Shown: one piece after another, positions 27,680-40,324 of the stretch
How positions within the stretch are numbered: position 1 is the stretch's first letter
How the letters are laid out: every line of letters starts with the position of its first letter
Made by a program: the position numbers and the translations under genes
The notes under the pieces: model-generated
Told to the model about the DNA's origin: nothing
The model's database searches: none
What the model saw: the letters and a program-made list of their open reading frames with translations, nothing else
DNA from: Eledone cirrhosa
Lineage: Eukaryota
Direction: 5' to 3'
Assembly: GCA_964016885.1 (NCBI GenBank)
Contig: OZ024752.1
Location: forward strand, 33,108,001-33,172,000
Length of the DNA: 64,000 nt

Positions 27680-29961
27680 ATTCTAAATTTATTCTACAAA
27701 CCATCATTCTAAATTTATTCTATAAACCACCATTCTAAATTTATTCTACAAACCACCATTCTAAATTTATTCTATAAACCACAATTCTAAATTTATTCTA
27801 TAAACCACAATTCTAAATTTATTCAATAAACCACTATTCTAAATTTATTCTATAAACCACAATTCTAAATTTATTCTACAAACCACCATTCTAAATTTAT
27901 TCTATAAACCACCATTCTAAATTTATTCTACAAACCACAATTCTAAATTTATTCTACAAACCACTATTCTAAATTTATTCTACAAACCATCATTCTAAAT
28001 TTATTCTACAAACCACCATTCTAAATTTATTCTACAAACCACTATTCTAAATTTATTCTACAAACCACAATTCTAAATTTATTCTACAAACCACTATTCT
28101 AAATTTATTCTACAAACCACAATTCTAAATTTATTCTACAAACCACAATTCTAAATTTATTCTACAAACCACTATTCTAAATTTATTCTACAAACCACAA
28201 TTCTAAATTTATTCTACAAACCACAATTCTAAATTTATTCTACAAACGACAATTCTAAATTTATTCTACAAACCACTATTCTAAATTTATTCTACAAACC
28301 ACAATTCTAAATTTATTCTACAAACCACTATTCTAAATTTATTCTACAAACCACAATTCTAAATTTATTCTACAAACGACAATTCTAAATTTATTCTACA
28401 AACCACTATTCTAAATTTATTCTACAAACCACTATTCTAAATTTATTCTACAAACCATCATTCTAAATTTATTCTACAAACCACTATTCTAAATTTATTC
28501 TACAAACCACTATTCTAAATTTATTCTACAAACCATCATTCTAAATTTATTCTACAAACCACTATTCTAAATTTATTCTACAAACCACAATTCTAAATTT
28601 ATTCTACAAACCACTATTCTAAATTTATTCTACAAACCATCATTCTAAATTTATTCTACAAACCACCATTCTAAATTTATTCTACAAACCACTATTCTAA
28701 ATTTATTCTACAAACCACAATTCTAAATTTATTCTACAAACGACAATTCTAAATTTATTCTACAAACCACTATTCTAAATTTATTCTACAAACCACTATT
28801 CTAAATTTATTCTACAAACCACTATTCTAAATTTATTCTATAAACCACTCTTCTAAATTTATTCTACAACCCACAATTCTAAATGTATTCTATAAACCAC
28901 TATTCTAAATTTATTCTACAAACCACTATTCTAAATTTATTCTACAAACCACTATTCTAAATTTATTCTACAAACCACAATTCTAAATTTATTCTACAAA
29001 CCACTATTCTAAATTTATTCTACAAACCACTATTCTAAATTTATTCTACAAACCACTATTCTAAATTTATTCTACAAACCACTATTCTAAATTTATTCTA
29101 CAAACCACTATTCTAAATTTATTCTACAAACCACTATTCTAAATTTATTCTACAAACCACTATTCTAAATTTATTCTACAAACCACTATTCTAAATTTAT
29201 TCTACAAACCACCATTCTAAATTTATTCTATAAACCACTATTCTAAATTTATTCTATAAACCACTATTCTAAATTTATTCTATAAACCACTATTCTAAAT
29301 TTATTCTACAAACCACTATTCTAAATTTATTCTACAAACCACTATTCTAAATTTATTCTACAAACCACTATTCTAAATTTATTCTACAAACCACTATTCT
29401 AAATTTATTCTACAAACCACTATTCTAAATTTATTCTACAAACCACTATTCTAAATTTATTCTACAAACCACCATTCTAAATTTATTCTATAAACCACTA
29501 TTCTAAATGTATTCTACAACCCACAATTCTAAATGTATTCTATAAACCACTATTCTAAATTTATTCTACAAACCACAATTCTAAATTTATTCTACAAACC
29601 ACTATTCTAAATTTATTCTACAACCCACAATTCTAAATTTATTCTACAAACCACCATTCTAAATTTATTCTACAAACCACAATTCTAAATGTATTCTATA
29701 AACCACTATTCTAAATTTATTCTATAAACCACTATTCTAAATTTATTCTATAAACCACTATTCTAAATTTATTCTACAAACCACAATTCTAAATTTATTC
29801 TACAAACCACTATTCTAAATTTATTCTACAACCCACAATTCTAAATGTATTCTATAAACCACTATTCTAAATTTATTCTACAAACCACAATTCTAAATGT
29901 ATTCTATAAACCACTATTCTAAATTTATTCTACAAACCACCATTCTAAATTTATTCTACAA
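27680..29961. repeat. 26-bp minisatellite, about 88 copies, in the last FYCO1 intron
   Basis: Unit TTCTAAATTTATTCTACAAACCACTA with few variable positions. Confidence 0.98.
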
Positions 29962-30524
29962 TACAAACACCAAACTACAATAAAAACAGGTTTAAATGAT
30001 TAAAAATAAAATCGATCGTTAATTTAACATCACCCAAATAATATAAAATATATTTGATATTAAATAAATGTAATGCAAAATAGGAGCCATGGCCTAGGTG
30101 GGCCCAGCTCCCTTAAAGTGTTAGGAGGAATCAAAGATGGAAACATTTGCTTGATGGGAGTTCTTACTCTCAAGATCCTCCTGTTGTCTGCTTGCCCTGT
30201 TGTGAGTTTCTACCTAATATTTGATATTAAATATTATTCACACACTGAGGGAGGCGGTGGATTGGCAGTATCGGTAGAGGGTCGGATGCCATGCTTTGCA
30301 GCATACAGTTACATCCCTTTATGATCTGAGTTCAAATCCCGCTGAGATTAACTTTGCCTTTCATCCTTACGGGGTCGATAAAATAAAGTACCAGTAATAA
30401 ACTGGTATAATTGCTGGCCTTGTGCCAAAAGTAGAAACAATTAAATATTATTCACACACTGTAAATGTGGTTTGAGTAAGGAAGGGCATCTAGTTGTAGA
30501 AATCTAACCAGAAACAGTTCTATA

Positions 30525-30812
30525 TGAACAAGATGACTTTCGGAAACATTTTTTCATGCTTAGGATTGCTGAAGCATGGAGCAGGCTGCCTGCGTCAGTT
30601 GTTGGCTGCAGAGACACTGCATCCTTTGGGACCCTCATGCTTCCCGAAGTTCGCCAAAGCTGCACCTGATGTCCCCCTTCCATACACATGCACACATGTG
30701 TATATCGTGACTCATGCACTGTTCATTTTCCTGACGTTTGTGCGTTGCCCTGTGTGCTATACATACACTTTTGATGAGTTGTAGTGCACCTGAGCATTGT
30801 ACACACTATTTT
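30525..30812 (+). mobile_element. CR1/L2-like LINE 3' end; a second copy lies at 34267-34640 on minus
   Basis: Encodes an RKHFFxLRxAEAWxxLPASVV-type C-terminal motif plus a shared 3' UTR in both copies. Confidence 0.6.
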
Positions 30813-31720
30813 CATTCATCCTTACGGGGTCGATAAAATAAAGTACCAGTAATGCACTGGGTAATTGCTGGCCTTGGCGGTGGATTGGCAGTATCGGTAG
30901 AGAGTCGGACGCCATGCTTTCCAGCATAGTTACGTCCCTTTATGATCTGAGTTCAAATCCCGCCGAGGTTGACTTTGCCTTTCATCCTTACAGGGTCGAT
31001 AAAATAAAGTACCAGTAATACACTGGGTAATTGCTGGCCTTGTGCCTAAAGTAGAAACAATTATTAAGATACAGTCACTTGATCCAACTTGCCTCGAATG
31101 GGACAACCCGTCTAACCCATGCTAGTGCAGAAAGTGGGCATTAAACAAAGATGATGATCATGATGATGATGATTCTACTATACAACAATCAAACTACAAT
31201 ATTAACAGGTTTAAATGATTAAAAACAAAATCGGTCGTAAATCTTTAGATATTTATTTTATTCCCAATATCAGTTGTCTCCCCTTTGATATCTACCTTAT
31301 TAACAATACTAATCAAAACTTAGATAGACTTGTCTTCTAAGGGAGAGAGATAGAGAGAGACGACTGTTTTCTAATTAACCATTTTTTTTTCCTGCTATTA
31401 TACATCTAGAGGGTAGAAACATACTTTACTAGTATGCTAAAGTGTAAAGGTGCATGGTTTAGTAGTTAGAGAGTTCAGCTCACAATCACAATGCCATGAG
31501 TTTGATGCCCAGCTGTGAGTTGTGACCTTGAGCAAGACACTTTATTTCCTGCTGCTCCAGTCCAATCAGATGGCAAAAATTAGTTGTACCCTTAATATCG
31601 TCATGAAATAATCAGCAATTTTAGTCAATCCCTTAACATTTTTTCATTGATTGAAATAAAGTATTTCATTACAAAACATTGTTTTGAAAGAAGAGGTTTT
31701 TTAAATATAGTTTTAGTTAC

Positions 31721-31893
31721 CTGGAATAACCATTATCAAATATAATTTGATAAATTCCCAAATCTCGAGGTGTTAATTGACCTTTGATGGTTTGTTGATG
31801 GGACTGACATTTTTGGACAGGTATCAATATTTTGTCACTTCCTTCACTTGGAGACGGGTTTTGAGGATTAAATGTCACACCAAATGCAATATC
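31721..31893 (-). CDS. FYCO1: FYCO1-like exon, GOLD domain (DIAFGVTF...GIYQIIFDNGYSR)
   Basis: 173 nt, phase 0-2; DIxFGV and GxYxxxFDNxYS GOLD signatures. Confidence 0.93.
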
Positions 31894-32797
31894 CTGATAA
31901 AAGAAAAATAGAAACATTTGCTGTGATTTTAGTGATTAAGAAAACCTGGTGCACATATTTCGCTGCTATTTCTAGCAGATCACAGTAACCCAATAGCATT
32001 TTCTATTGGCACTAGAAATTCTTTTGCTTTATTTTAAAGAATTTAGATTCAACTATATAAAACACAAACACATATATACATATACATACATACATACATA
32101 TATATATATGATGATCATCATCATCATTTTACGTCCGCTTTTCCCTGCTTGCAAGGGTGGGACGGGAACTGATTCTGGCTTGATTTCTACAGCTGGATGC
32201 CCTTCCTAACACCAACCTCATTTACAGTGAGTGCTGGGTGCTTTTTTGCCGTGGCACCTCCACGACCACTTTCCAGCGGAATGATATCGACCCCCAGTCC
32301 CTATCATCTCATTTCTACAACTGAGTAAACTGGAACAATGTGAAATAAAGTGTCTTGCTCAAGGAAACAACACATTATCCGGTCTGAGAATTGAACTCAC
32401 AACATTTCGATTGCAAGGCCAATGCTCTAACCACTAAGCCATGCGCCTCCTTATATATATATATATACATTTACACATACATACGACCAGTATACACTGT
32501 AAAGTGGTTGGTGATAGGAAGGGCATCCAACCATAGAAAGCTTGCCAAACAAAGTGTTGGGAGGACCATCAGTGGTGTCAATGACATGCCAACCTCTCCT
32601 GTGCACTCGGTAGAACATGAGACCATACATAAATGAGATAACAGACCCCTAGCCTGTCTGAGAGGCCAATAACCCTGCTTCAGTACTGACTTGGTCTATA
32701 AAACCTGTACAAACCTTGCTAGTGGACATTAAAATGACGACAATGAGGAAGATGAAGAACTATATTTGTGTATATATATATATATATGTATATATAT

Positions 32798-32828
<31 letters not shown>

Positions 32829-33010
32829 CACACACATAAATGTGGTTGGTGTTAGGAAGGGCATCCAACTGTAGAAAACCCGCCAGACAGTCCTATGCGA
32901 GCAAGACAACCACTCTTGCCTCAAGTGGGAAAACCCCCGTCCAAACCCATGCAAGCATGGAACACGGACGTTAAACGATGATGATGATGATGATGATGAT
33001 ATATATATAT

Positions 33011-33045
<35 letters not shown>

Positions 33046-33101
33046 CACGCATATACATATATATATATTTATATATATAGATATAGATATATATATATAT
33101 A

Positions 33102-33180
<79 letters not shown>

Positions 33181-33435
33181 ATATACTACATGACAAAAAG
33201 CGCCAGCCCACACTGTGAAGTGGTTGTGTAGGTGTCACTACAAAAAGCATCCATACACTCTATAAATGTGGTTGAAACTGAGTCATAGAAACCAAGTCAA
33301 AACCAGTCCTGTATGAGCAAGTCATGGTCATCAGACCTGGCTTGTCTCTCACAACAGAGAAACTCATTTAACCCATGCTAGTGTGGAAAATGGTCGTAAA
33401 ATGGTGATGGTGATGATGATGATAATGATACTAAC

Positions 33436-33598
33436 CTTAGGATAGGATGTAAACTCCCAGCAGATATCCAGACCAAGTTTGTTTACACAGACAGACACAG
33501 TATAGGAACAACCATATCGTATCCAAATAATTCTTTCTGAATTTATTTCTCCTCGTTCGAGTTCTTCCAAAGATACTGCAATGCCAGTCGGTAATTTT
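33436..33598 (-). CDS. FYCO1: FYCO1-like exon, GOLD domain N-part (KLPTGIAV...LDICWEFTSYPK)
   Basis: 163 nt, phase 2-0; WEFxSxPK GOLD motif; TATAG acceptor and GTTAG donor. Confidence 0.9.
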
Positions 33599-33728
33599 CT
33601 ATAATGTAAATAAATCAAACAAAATAAAACAACCAAATATATGAAATGTTGGCTGTATGATGAGTGTGTATGAAGTGCCATGTTGCTTGGTAGAGCAGCA
33701 TGATAGTGCAACATGGGCAGTGAATGCA

Positions 33729-34081
33729 AAGGACGTGTGTAGACTGGACAGAAATGAGGTAAGCATGCTTTGATGGGTTTGAGAGAAAAACAAAGCTTGG
33801 ATGAAGGACATGTGTAGACTGGACAGAAATGAGGTAAGCATGCTTTGATGGGTTTGAGAGAAAGACAAAGCTTGGATGAAGGACGTGTGTAGACTGGACA
33901 GAAATGAGGTAAGCATGCTTTGATGGGTTTGAGAGAAAGACAAAGCTTGGATGAAGGACGTGTGTAGACTGGACAGAAATGAGGTAAGCATGCTTTGATG
34001 GGTTTGAGAGAAAGACAAAGCTTGGATGAAGGACGTGTGTAGACTGGACAGAAATGAAGTAAGCATGCTTTGATGGGTTTG
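33729..34081. repeat. 75-bp tandem repeat (about 4.7 copies) derived from decayed RTE coding sequence
   Basis: Unit translates to DVCRLDRNEVSML*W, resembling RTE EDLRRLERNEACMLRW. Confidence 0.85.
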
Positions 34082-34860
34082 CAATGTAAATGTGAGAGAA
34101 AGACAAAGCTTGGATGAACTAATTTAATATCCCCCTCTGACCAGAACTCAGGTCTGAGAGTAACTTGATATATTTTACACTTAGCTGCAGAAATGTTATT
34201 TAACCATTTTTTAATAAGTTATTTTATGCTTGATCAACCTAGATATTATTTATTTTAATAACAATAATAATGAAATTATTGTGTACAGTGCTCAGGTGCA
34301 CTACAACTCATCAAAGGTACATGTATAGTACAAAGAATAATGTACAAATATCAGGAAAGTGAAGAGTGTATGAGTCATGATATACATGTGTGCGTGTGTA
34401 TGGAGCAGGGATATCAGGTGTAGTATTGGCGAATCTCAGGAAGCATGGAAGTTTTAAAGGATGCAGTGTCTCGGCAGCTAACAACTGATGCAGGTAGTTT
34501 ATTCCATGCTTCAGCAACTCTAAGCATGAAAAATTATTTCAGAAAGTCATGGGAACTGTGCTGTTTTCTGACTTTGTGGGCATACCCACGTGTGTTAGAC
34601 ACATGGAATTCAAAAAGGTACTCAGGGTTGTTGTTGATCATTCATTTATTTTAAAGCAACATTTGTCATAACATCTTCAGACAATTAGCTAAAGAATTCT
34701 GATTCCTACTACACCAACCTAAGAATTATGGTTTTCTTCATTTCATTTCCACCAATCTCAGAGATTCTACAAAAGGATCATGAGCAATACTTTTCCTTCC
34801 CCTGGTTATTTCATAAAATAATTTTTTTTAATGCAATTAGGTTTTAATAAAGAAAATCAA

Positions 34861-35330
34861 CTTACACTTACATACACTTACACTTATATAACTTACATTT
34901 ATATACACTTACACTTATATATAACTTAGACTTATATATAACTTACAATTATATATACTTACACGTATATATAACTTACACCTGTATATAACTTACTTAT
35001 ATATAACTTACACTTATATATACTTACACTTATATATAACTTACACTAATATATAACTTACACTTATATATAACTTACACTTATATATACTTACACTTAT
35101 ATATACCTTACACCTGTATATAACTTACACTTATATATAACTTACACTAATATATAACTTACACTTATATATAACATACATAACTTACACTTATATATAC
35201 TTACACTTATATATAATTTACACTTATATACACTTACATTATATATACTTTTACACTTTCCTATATACTTACACTTACATATACATACACTTAGATATAC
35301 ATACACTTATATATACATACACTTATATAT
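34861..35330. repeat. Degenerate about 17-bp repeat (CTTACACTTATATATAA)n, interrupted by the RTE
   Basis: The same motif resumes at 38841-38867 after the RTE tail. Confidence 0.85.
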
Positions 35331-38300
35331 ACTGTTCTTCTAGCCCTCAATTTTCCTACCATTATGGATGGATGAGCTGAGAATAAATTTGAGCAACTCT
35401 GAATCAATAGATGAAATATGAATCTGCGAGCTACCAAGCACCCATGTGAAGCCCCAATCCAGAGACCCTTCCCTACGAGTGTTGACAAATGCCCAAAACT
35501 CCGAGTTGGTACCATCAATGTAGGCTCAATGAAAGGAAGAGCAGGAGAAATCGTAGAAATGCTAGAGCGAAAGGAAATTGATGTATGCTGTGTGCAAGAG
35601 ACTAGATGGAGAGGAGAGTCTGCCAGAGTCCTTGTAGGAAAAAGTCGGTGCTACAAATTTTTCTGGGTGGGAAATGACGATGGGATGGGTGGTGTAGGTA
35701 TTCTACTAGCTGACAAGTGGGTAGATAAAGTAATCTCAGTGTACAGGGTAAATGCAAGAATCATTAAACTCAGACTAGTCCTGAATAAAACAATTACCAC
35801 AATAATATCAGCTTACGCACCCCAATTGGGGCTGCCAGACGAACTTAAGGATAGGTTTTACGAGTCCCTAATGCACACTACTGCTCTAACAGACGACAAT
35901 GACTTCCTAATCATCGCAGGAGATTTTAACGGACACGTAGGTAAACACTGCGACGGCTTCAATAGAGTACATGGAGGCCATGGAGTTGGCACAAGAAATG
36001 AGGAAGGATTCAGACTTCTAGAATTCTGCGACGCCAATGACATGTCGATATGTAACACAAACTTTAAAAAACCCGACAACCACCTGATCACCTATAGATC
36101 AGGGGAGCACTCTAGTCAGATAGATTTTATCCTCATCAGAGGACGTGACAGATGGACGGTCGTAAACACAAAAGCCTTCCCTAGTGAGGAATGTACATCC
36201 CAACATAGCTTAGTTGTCAGCGACCTCACAGTCAGAACTAGACGAACCTGGAAACAGAGGCCAACCTGGAGAAGAAAGATCTGGAAGCTGAAAGACCCCT
36301 CAGCCAGTAACAGATTTAAAGATATTTTACTCAACGCCTACGACAGTAAAGAAGAACAGATAGAGACATTCAATATAGAAGAGAACTGGGAGTTCCTAAA
36401 AATTAACTTACTAGAGGCGACGGATGAAGTCTGTGTCTGGAGTAAGACCTCAAGCAGGAGGAGAGTGACTTGGTGGTGGAACAATAAGGTAGATGAGGCA
36501 GTTAAGGCCAAGAGACAGGCATGGAAAGAATGGAAGAACAGGGGGAGTAGGGTACATTACATTGAGACCAAGAGGGAAGCTAGGCGACAAGTATACTTAG
36601 CTAGAAGGGAAGCAGAGGATAGAAAATTCAAGCATGTTTTGCAACGTGAGGACCAGAAACAGGAGGTGTTCAAGATTGCGAGGCAGTGTGTCAGAGAGAG
36701 TTGTGATGTCATTGGAGAGAAGTGTATCAGAATGATAAAGGTGAGCTTGCCCTCACAAGTGCTGAGAAGAAAGATGCATGGAAGAGTCATTATGATAGAT
36801 TACTAAATGAGGAGAATGCATGGGAAGAAGAGACCCTACTCCAAGTAGACCCTATAGAGGGGCCAGCAGTACAAGTCAGCAGTAATGTAGTAAGTAAGGC
36901 AATCAAAGATATGAAGATGGGGAAGGCAACCGGTCCATCGGGTATAGCTGCCGAGATGTTGAGAGCATCTGGGTCTGTAGGTCACACTATAACCACACGT
37001 ATTGTTAACCAGGTAATACTAGGAGGTGTCATACCAAAAAATTGGTGCAGTAGCATCATTGTCAACTGCTACAAAGGTAAAGGTGATGCACTAGATAGAG
37101 GAAACTATAGAGGTATAAAGCTGATGGACCAGGTCATGAAAGTAACAGAAAGAGTTATAGCACAGTTAATTAGGGACCGGGTGAAAATAGACGAGATGCA
37201 ATTTGGGTTTTTACCAGGAAGAGGCACCACTGATGTCCTCTTCCTTGTGAGGCAGCTACAGGAAAAGTACCTAGCTAAAAGTAAGCCACTCTATTTGGCA
37301 TTTGTCGACCTTGAGAAAGCCTTTGACAGAGTTCCACGTGCTGTAATCTGGTGGGCTCTTAGAAAACTAGGAGTAGATGAATGGCTTGTGAAAGCGGTAC
37401 AAGCCATGTATAGGGGAGCAGTCAGCAAAGTTAGGATTAGCAATGAGTATAGCGAGGAATTTAGCGTACAGGTTGGGGTCCACCAGGGCTCTGTTCTTAG
37501 CCCCCTCCTGTTCATCATAGTCCTGCAGGCAATAACGGAGGAGTTTAAGACCGGATGCCCATGGGAACTCCTGTATGCTGATGACCTCGCACTTATAGCT
37601 GAATCTATGGTAGAACTAGAGAATAAATTCCAAACTTGGAAGCAGGGACTAGAAAGAAAGGGTCTCAAAGTCAACATGACAAAGACTAAGGTCCTTGTAA
37701 GTAGACGAGAAAACAGAACCCAGATCCCCTCAGGGAAATGGCCTTGCTCAGAATGTAGGAAAGGTGTAGGTAGGAACTCCATTCTCTGCCCCAAATGCAA
37801 ACAATGGGTACACAAGAGATGTAGTGGGATCTTAGGAAGCTTAATTAAGAATGTAGGCTTCACATGCAGCAGCTGTGCTGGGATAGCAAGCAGCAAACAG
37901 CCACAGGAAACAAGTACCACCAATCTCTGGGAGGGCTCTGTAGAAACAGTAGACAGCTTCTACTACCTAGGTGACCGAATTAGCAGCAGAGGTGGGTGTT
38001 CAGAAAGTACAATAACTAGGGTAAGAACGGGATGGAAGAAGTTTAGGGAACTACTACCACTGCTAGCTGCAAAAGGCTTCTCCCTCAGAATGAAAGGCAG
38101 ACTGTATGATGTGTGTATCCGAACAGCGATGTTGCATGGTAGTGAGACCTGGGCGCTGAAGGTGGAAGACTTACGTAGATTAGAGAGAAACGAAGCCTGC
38201 ATGCTCCGATGGATGTGTAACAGTAATATACGTGAACGACAAAGCATAAATGAATTGAGAGAGACTGAGCATAAGAGGAATCAAATACTGTGTGCAGGAG

Positions 38301-38840
38301 AGGCGGTTGCGCTGGTATGGACATGTGATGCGTATGAAGGATGACAGCTGCATAAAAAGGTGCAGAGCACTAGAAGTTGATGGAAACCGCGGAGTGGGGA
38401 GACCCAAGATGACCTGGGATGAGGTGATAAAAGCCGACCTTACCCAATTACACCTCTCAAAGGCGATGACACACGACCGTGACCTCTGGCGTCACGCAGT
38501 AATACAGAGTACCCGACCTCCCATGGGTACAAGCTGAAGCATATAGACAATATGCCCCCACACCCCCCACCGCAAGGTGGTCGTGGAGGTGCCACAACAA
38601 AAAAGCACCCAGCCCACACTGTAAAGTGGACATGTAGGCGCCACGAAAAAGCACCCAGCACTCACAGTAAATGAGGTTGGTGTTAGGAAGGGCATCCAGC
38701 TGTAGAAATCAAGCCAAGTCAGTTCTTGTATGAGCAAGGCATGGTCAGCCGACCAGACACTGCCCACAACAGGACAACCCGTCTAACCCATGCTAGCGTG
38801 GAAGAACGGACGTAAAATGATGATGATGATGATGATGATG
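35331..38840 (+). mobile_element. Near full-length RTE-clade LINE (APE endonuclease, RT, PHD-like finger) with two frameshifts and an (ATG)n tail
   Basis: APE motifs GTINV, QETRW, GDFNGH, QIDF, SQHS; RT motifs QGSVLSP and YADD; frameshifts near 36729 and 38260 relative to the intact copy at 62097; 5' boundary approximate. Confidence 0.95.
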
Positions 38841-38885
38841 ATACATACACTTACATACTTACACTTAATAAAGAAATGTACTTAC

Positions 38886-39089
38886 ATGTTATCATCACTT
38901 TCAGAAGACTTTGATCTCATTTTGGCAATTTCATCTTCACCGATAACAGCAAACTCTGATGAGTTCTCCGACCAGTTGTGAGTAGCGTCTGTATCAACAA
39001 CTTTGTCAGCAGAGTCTACAGGATCATTTGTGTCATTTTCTGCAACTGCTTCTGTCTTTTCGGTCCCATCTGTAACATCTTCAGATGTC
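38886..39089 (-). CDS. FYCO1: FYCO1-like exon containing the LIR motif (..SSEFAVIGEDEIAKMR..)
   Basis: 204 nt, phase 2-2, canonical sites; FxxI core plus acidic extension between FYVE and GOLD. Confidence 0.88.
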
Positions 39090-39285
39090 CTGCGTCACAA
39101 ATCAAACAAGAATGAATTTCACATAATTATCTCACATAATATCAAATCTACGAGATTTTGATATCATTTATTTTCAGAAGAATACCTTAACATAAGTATG
39201 AACGGCCAGTTACAGCTGGTTTGAACAGAAAGAGGTGAGAGAGTTCCAGCCGAATATGGCCGGTTTAAATGCTAAAGGGTTAATG

Positions 39286-39563
39286 AGTTCCACCCCATTT
39301 GGTCCGATTTAATAAGTTCCACCCCACTTGGTCTGATTTAATAAGTTCCACCCCATTTGGTCTGATTTAATCAGTTCCACCCCACTTGATCTGATTTAAT
39401 AAGTTCCACTCCATTTGGTCTGATTTAATAAGTTCCACCCCACTTGGTCTGATTTAATCAGTTCCACCCCACTTGGTCTGATTTAATCAGTTCCACCCCA
39501 CTTGATCTGATTTAATAAGTTCCACCCCATTTGGTCTGATTTAATCAGTTACACCCCACTTGG
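39286..39563. repeat. 29-bp minisatellite, about 9.5 copies
   Basis: Unit AGTTCCACCCCACTTGGTCTGATTTAATA. Confidence 0.92.
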
Positions 39564-39826
39564 TAAGTGAATGATGTTTGGGATGTTGTCAATTTAGATC
39601 TTTAAAAAAAGAAAATTCTTTTAAAAAATATAGAATACCTTCACCATAGTTTTCCCAAGCATGGCTAATTAGGGGCTTAACAACATATTTATTAAAAAAT
39701 ATAAAAAACAAGAACTAAGTGATATCAAACATAGTCCCTCTACAAAATCAATAACAAAGTGATTGATATGATGTTACAGCTGATAATCTATATTGAAAGA
39801 TTTGTTGTTTATAATCCATAACTTAC

Positions 39827-39947
39827 TTTTCTTCAGCAGAATTTTCACTGGATCCATTCTTTGTTACACCACCAGAAGCAAAGGATAATGAAGAATGGCC
39901 AACTTCAGAATTCTGATCCTGCAAGCTATCCATATCATCTGTATGAT
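39827..39947 (-). CDS. FYCO1: FYCO1-like exon, low-complexity linker (HTDDMDSLQDQNSEVG...SAEEK)
   Basis: 121 nt, phase 1-2, TTCAG acceptor and GTAAGT donor, frame continuous with both neighbours. Confidence 0.85.
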
Positions 39948-40041
39948 CTGAATTCAAGAATATGATAGGTAATAATGAGGTGTTCCAATAATATACATTT
40001 AAACAAATTTTATGAAAATAAAATTAAAAAAACACGACATC

Positions 40042-40212
40042 TGTTATGAAGTTCATCTATCCTCAATATAACTTTGTTTTATTGCATATCTTTCTTTTCT
40101 TACAAATATTATTGTTATATTTCTTCAAGACTAATTACTGTTTTTATATTCTAGATATTGAATAAAAGCTTGGAATTGGAGCTTTAGTTTTGCAATATTA
40201 GAACGCACAACA
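40042..40212 (+). repeat. 5' LTR (171 bp)
   Basis: Appears identical to 43938-44108; TG..CA termini; contains AATAAA. Confidence 0.95.
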
Positions 40213-40324
40213 ATTTTATTCAATATGATATTTGTTACAACTGTTTCGTTCCGAGACTAAACGTTTTGTGGTATTCGTTTCCACCCTTACTCTACCTTCA
40301 AAGCTTGCTACATTCTCAATACCA

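Noticed and set aside
27680-29961. CRISPR-like appearance of regular arrays (also 22492-23395 and 39286-39563)
   Set aside because: Head-to-tail units without unique spacers, no cas genes, eukaryotic context
37291-37923. Antisense ORFs of about 210 aa in both RTE copies (also 62732-63361)
   Set aside because: Shadow frames of RT coding sequence without recognisable motifs
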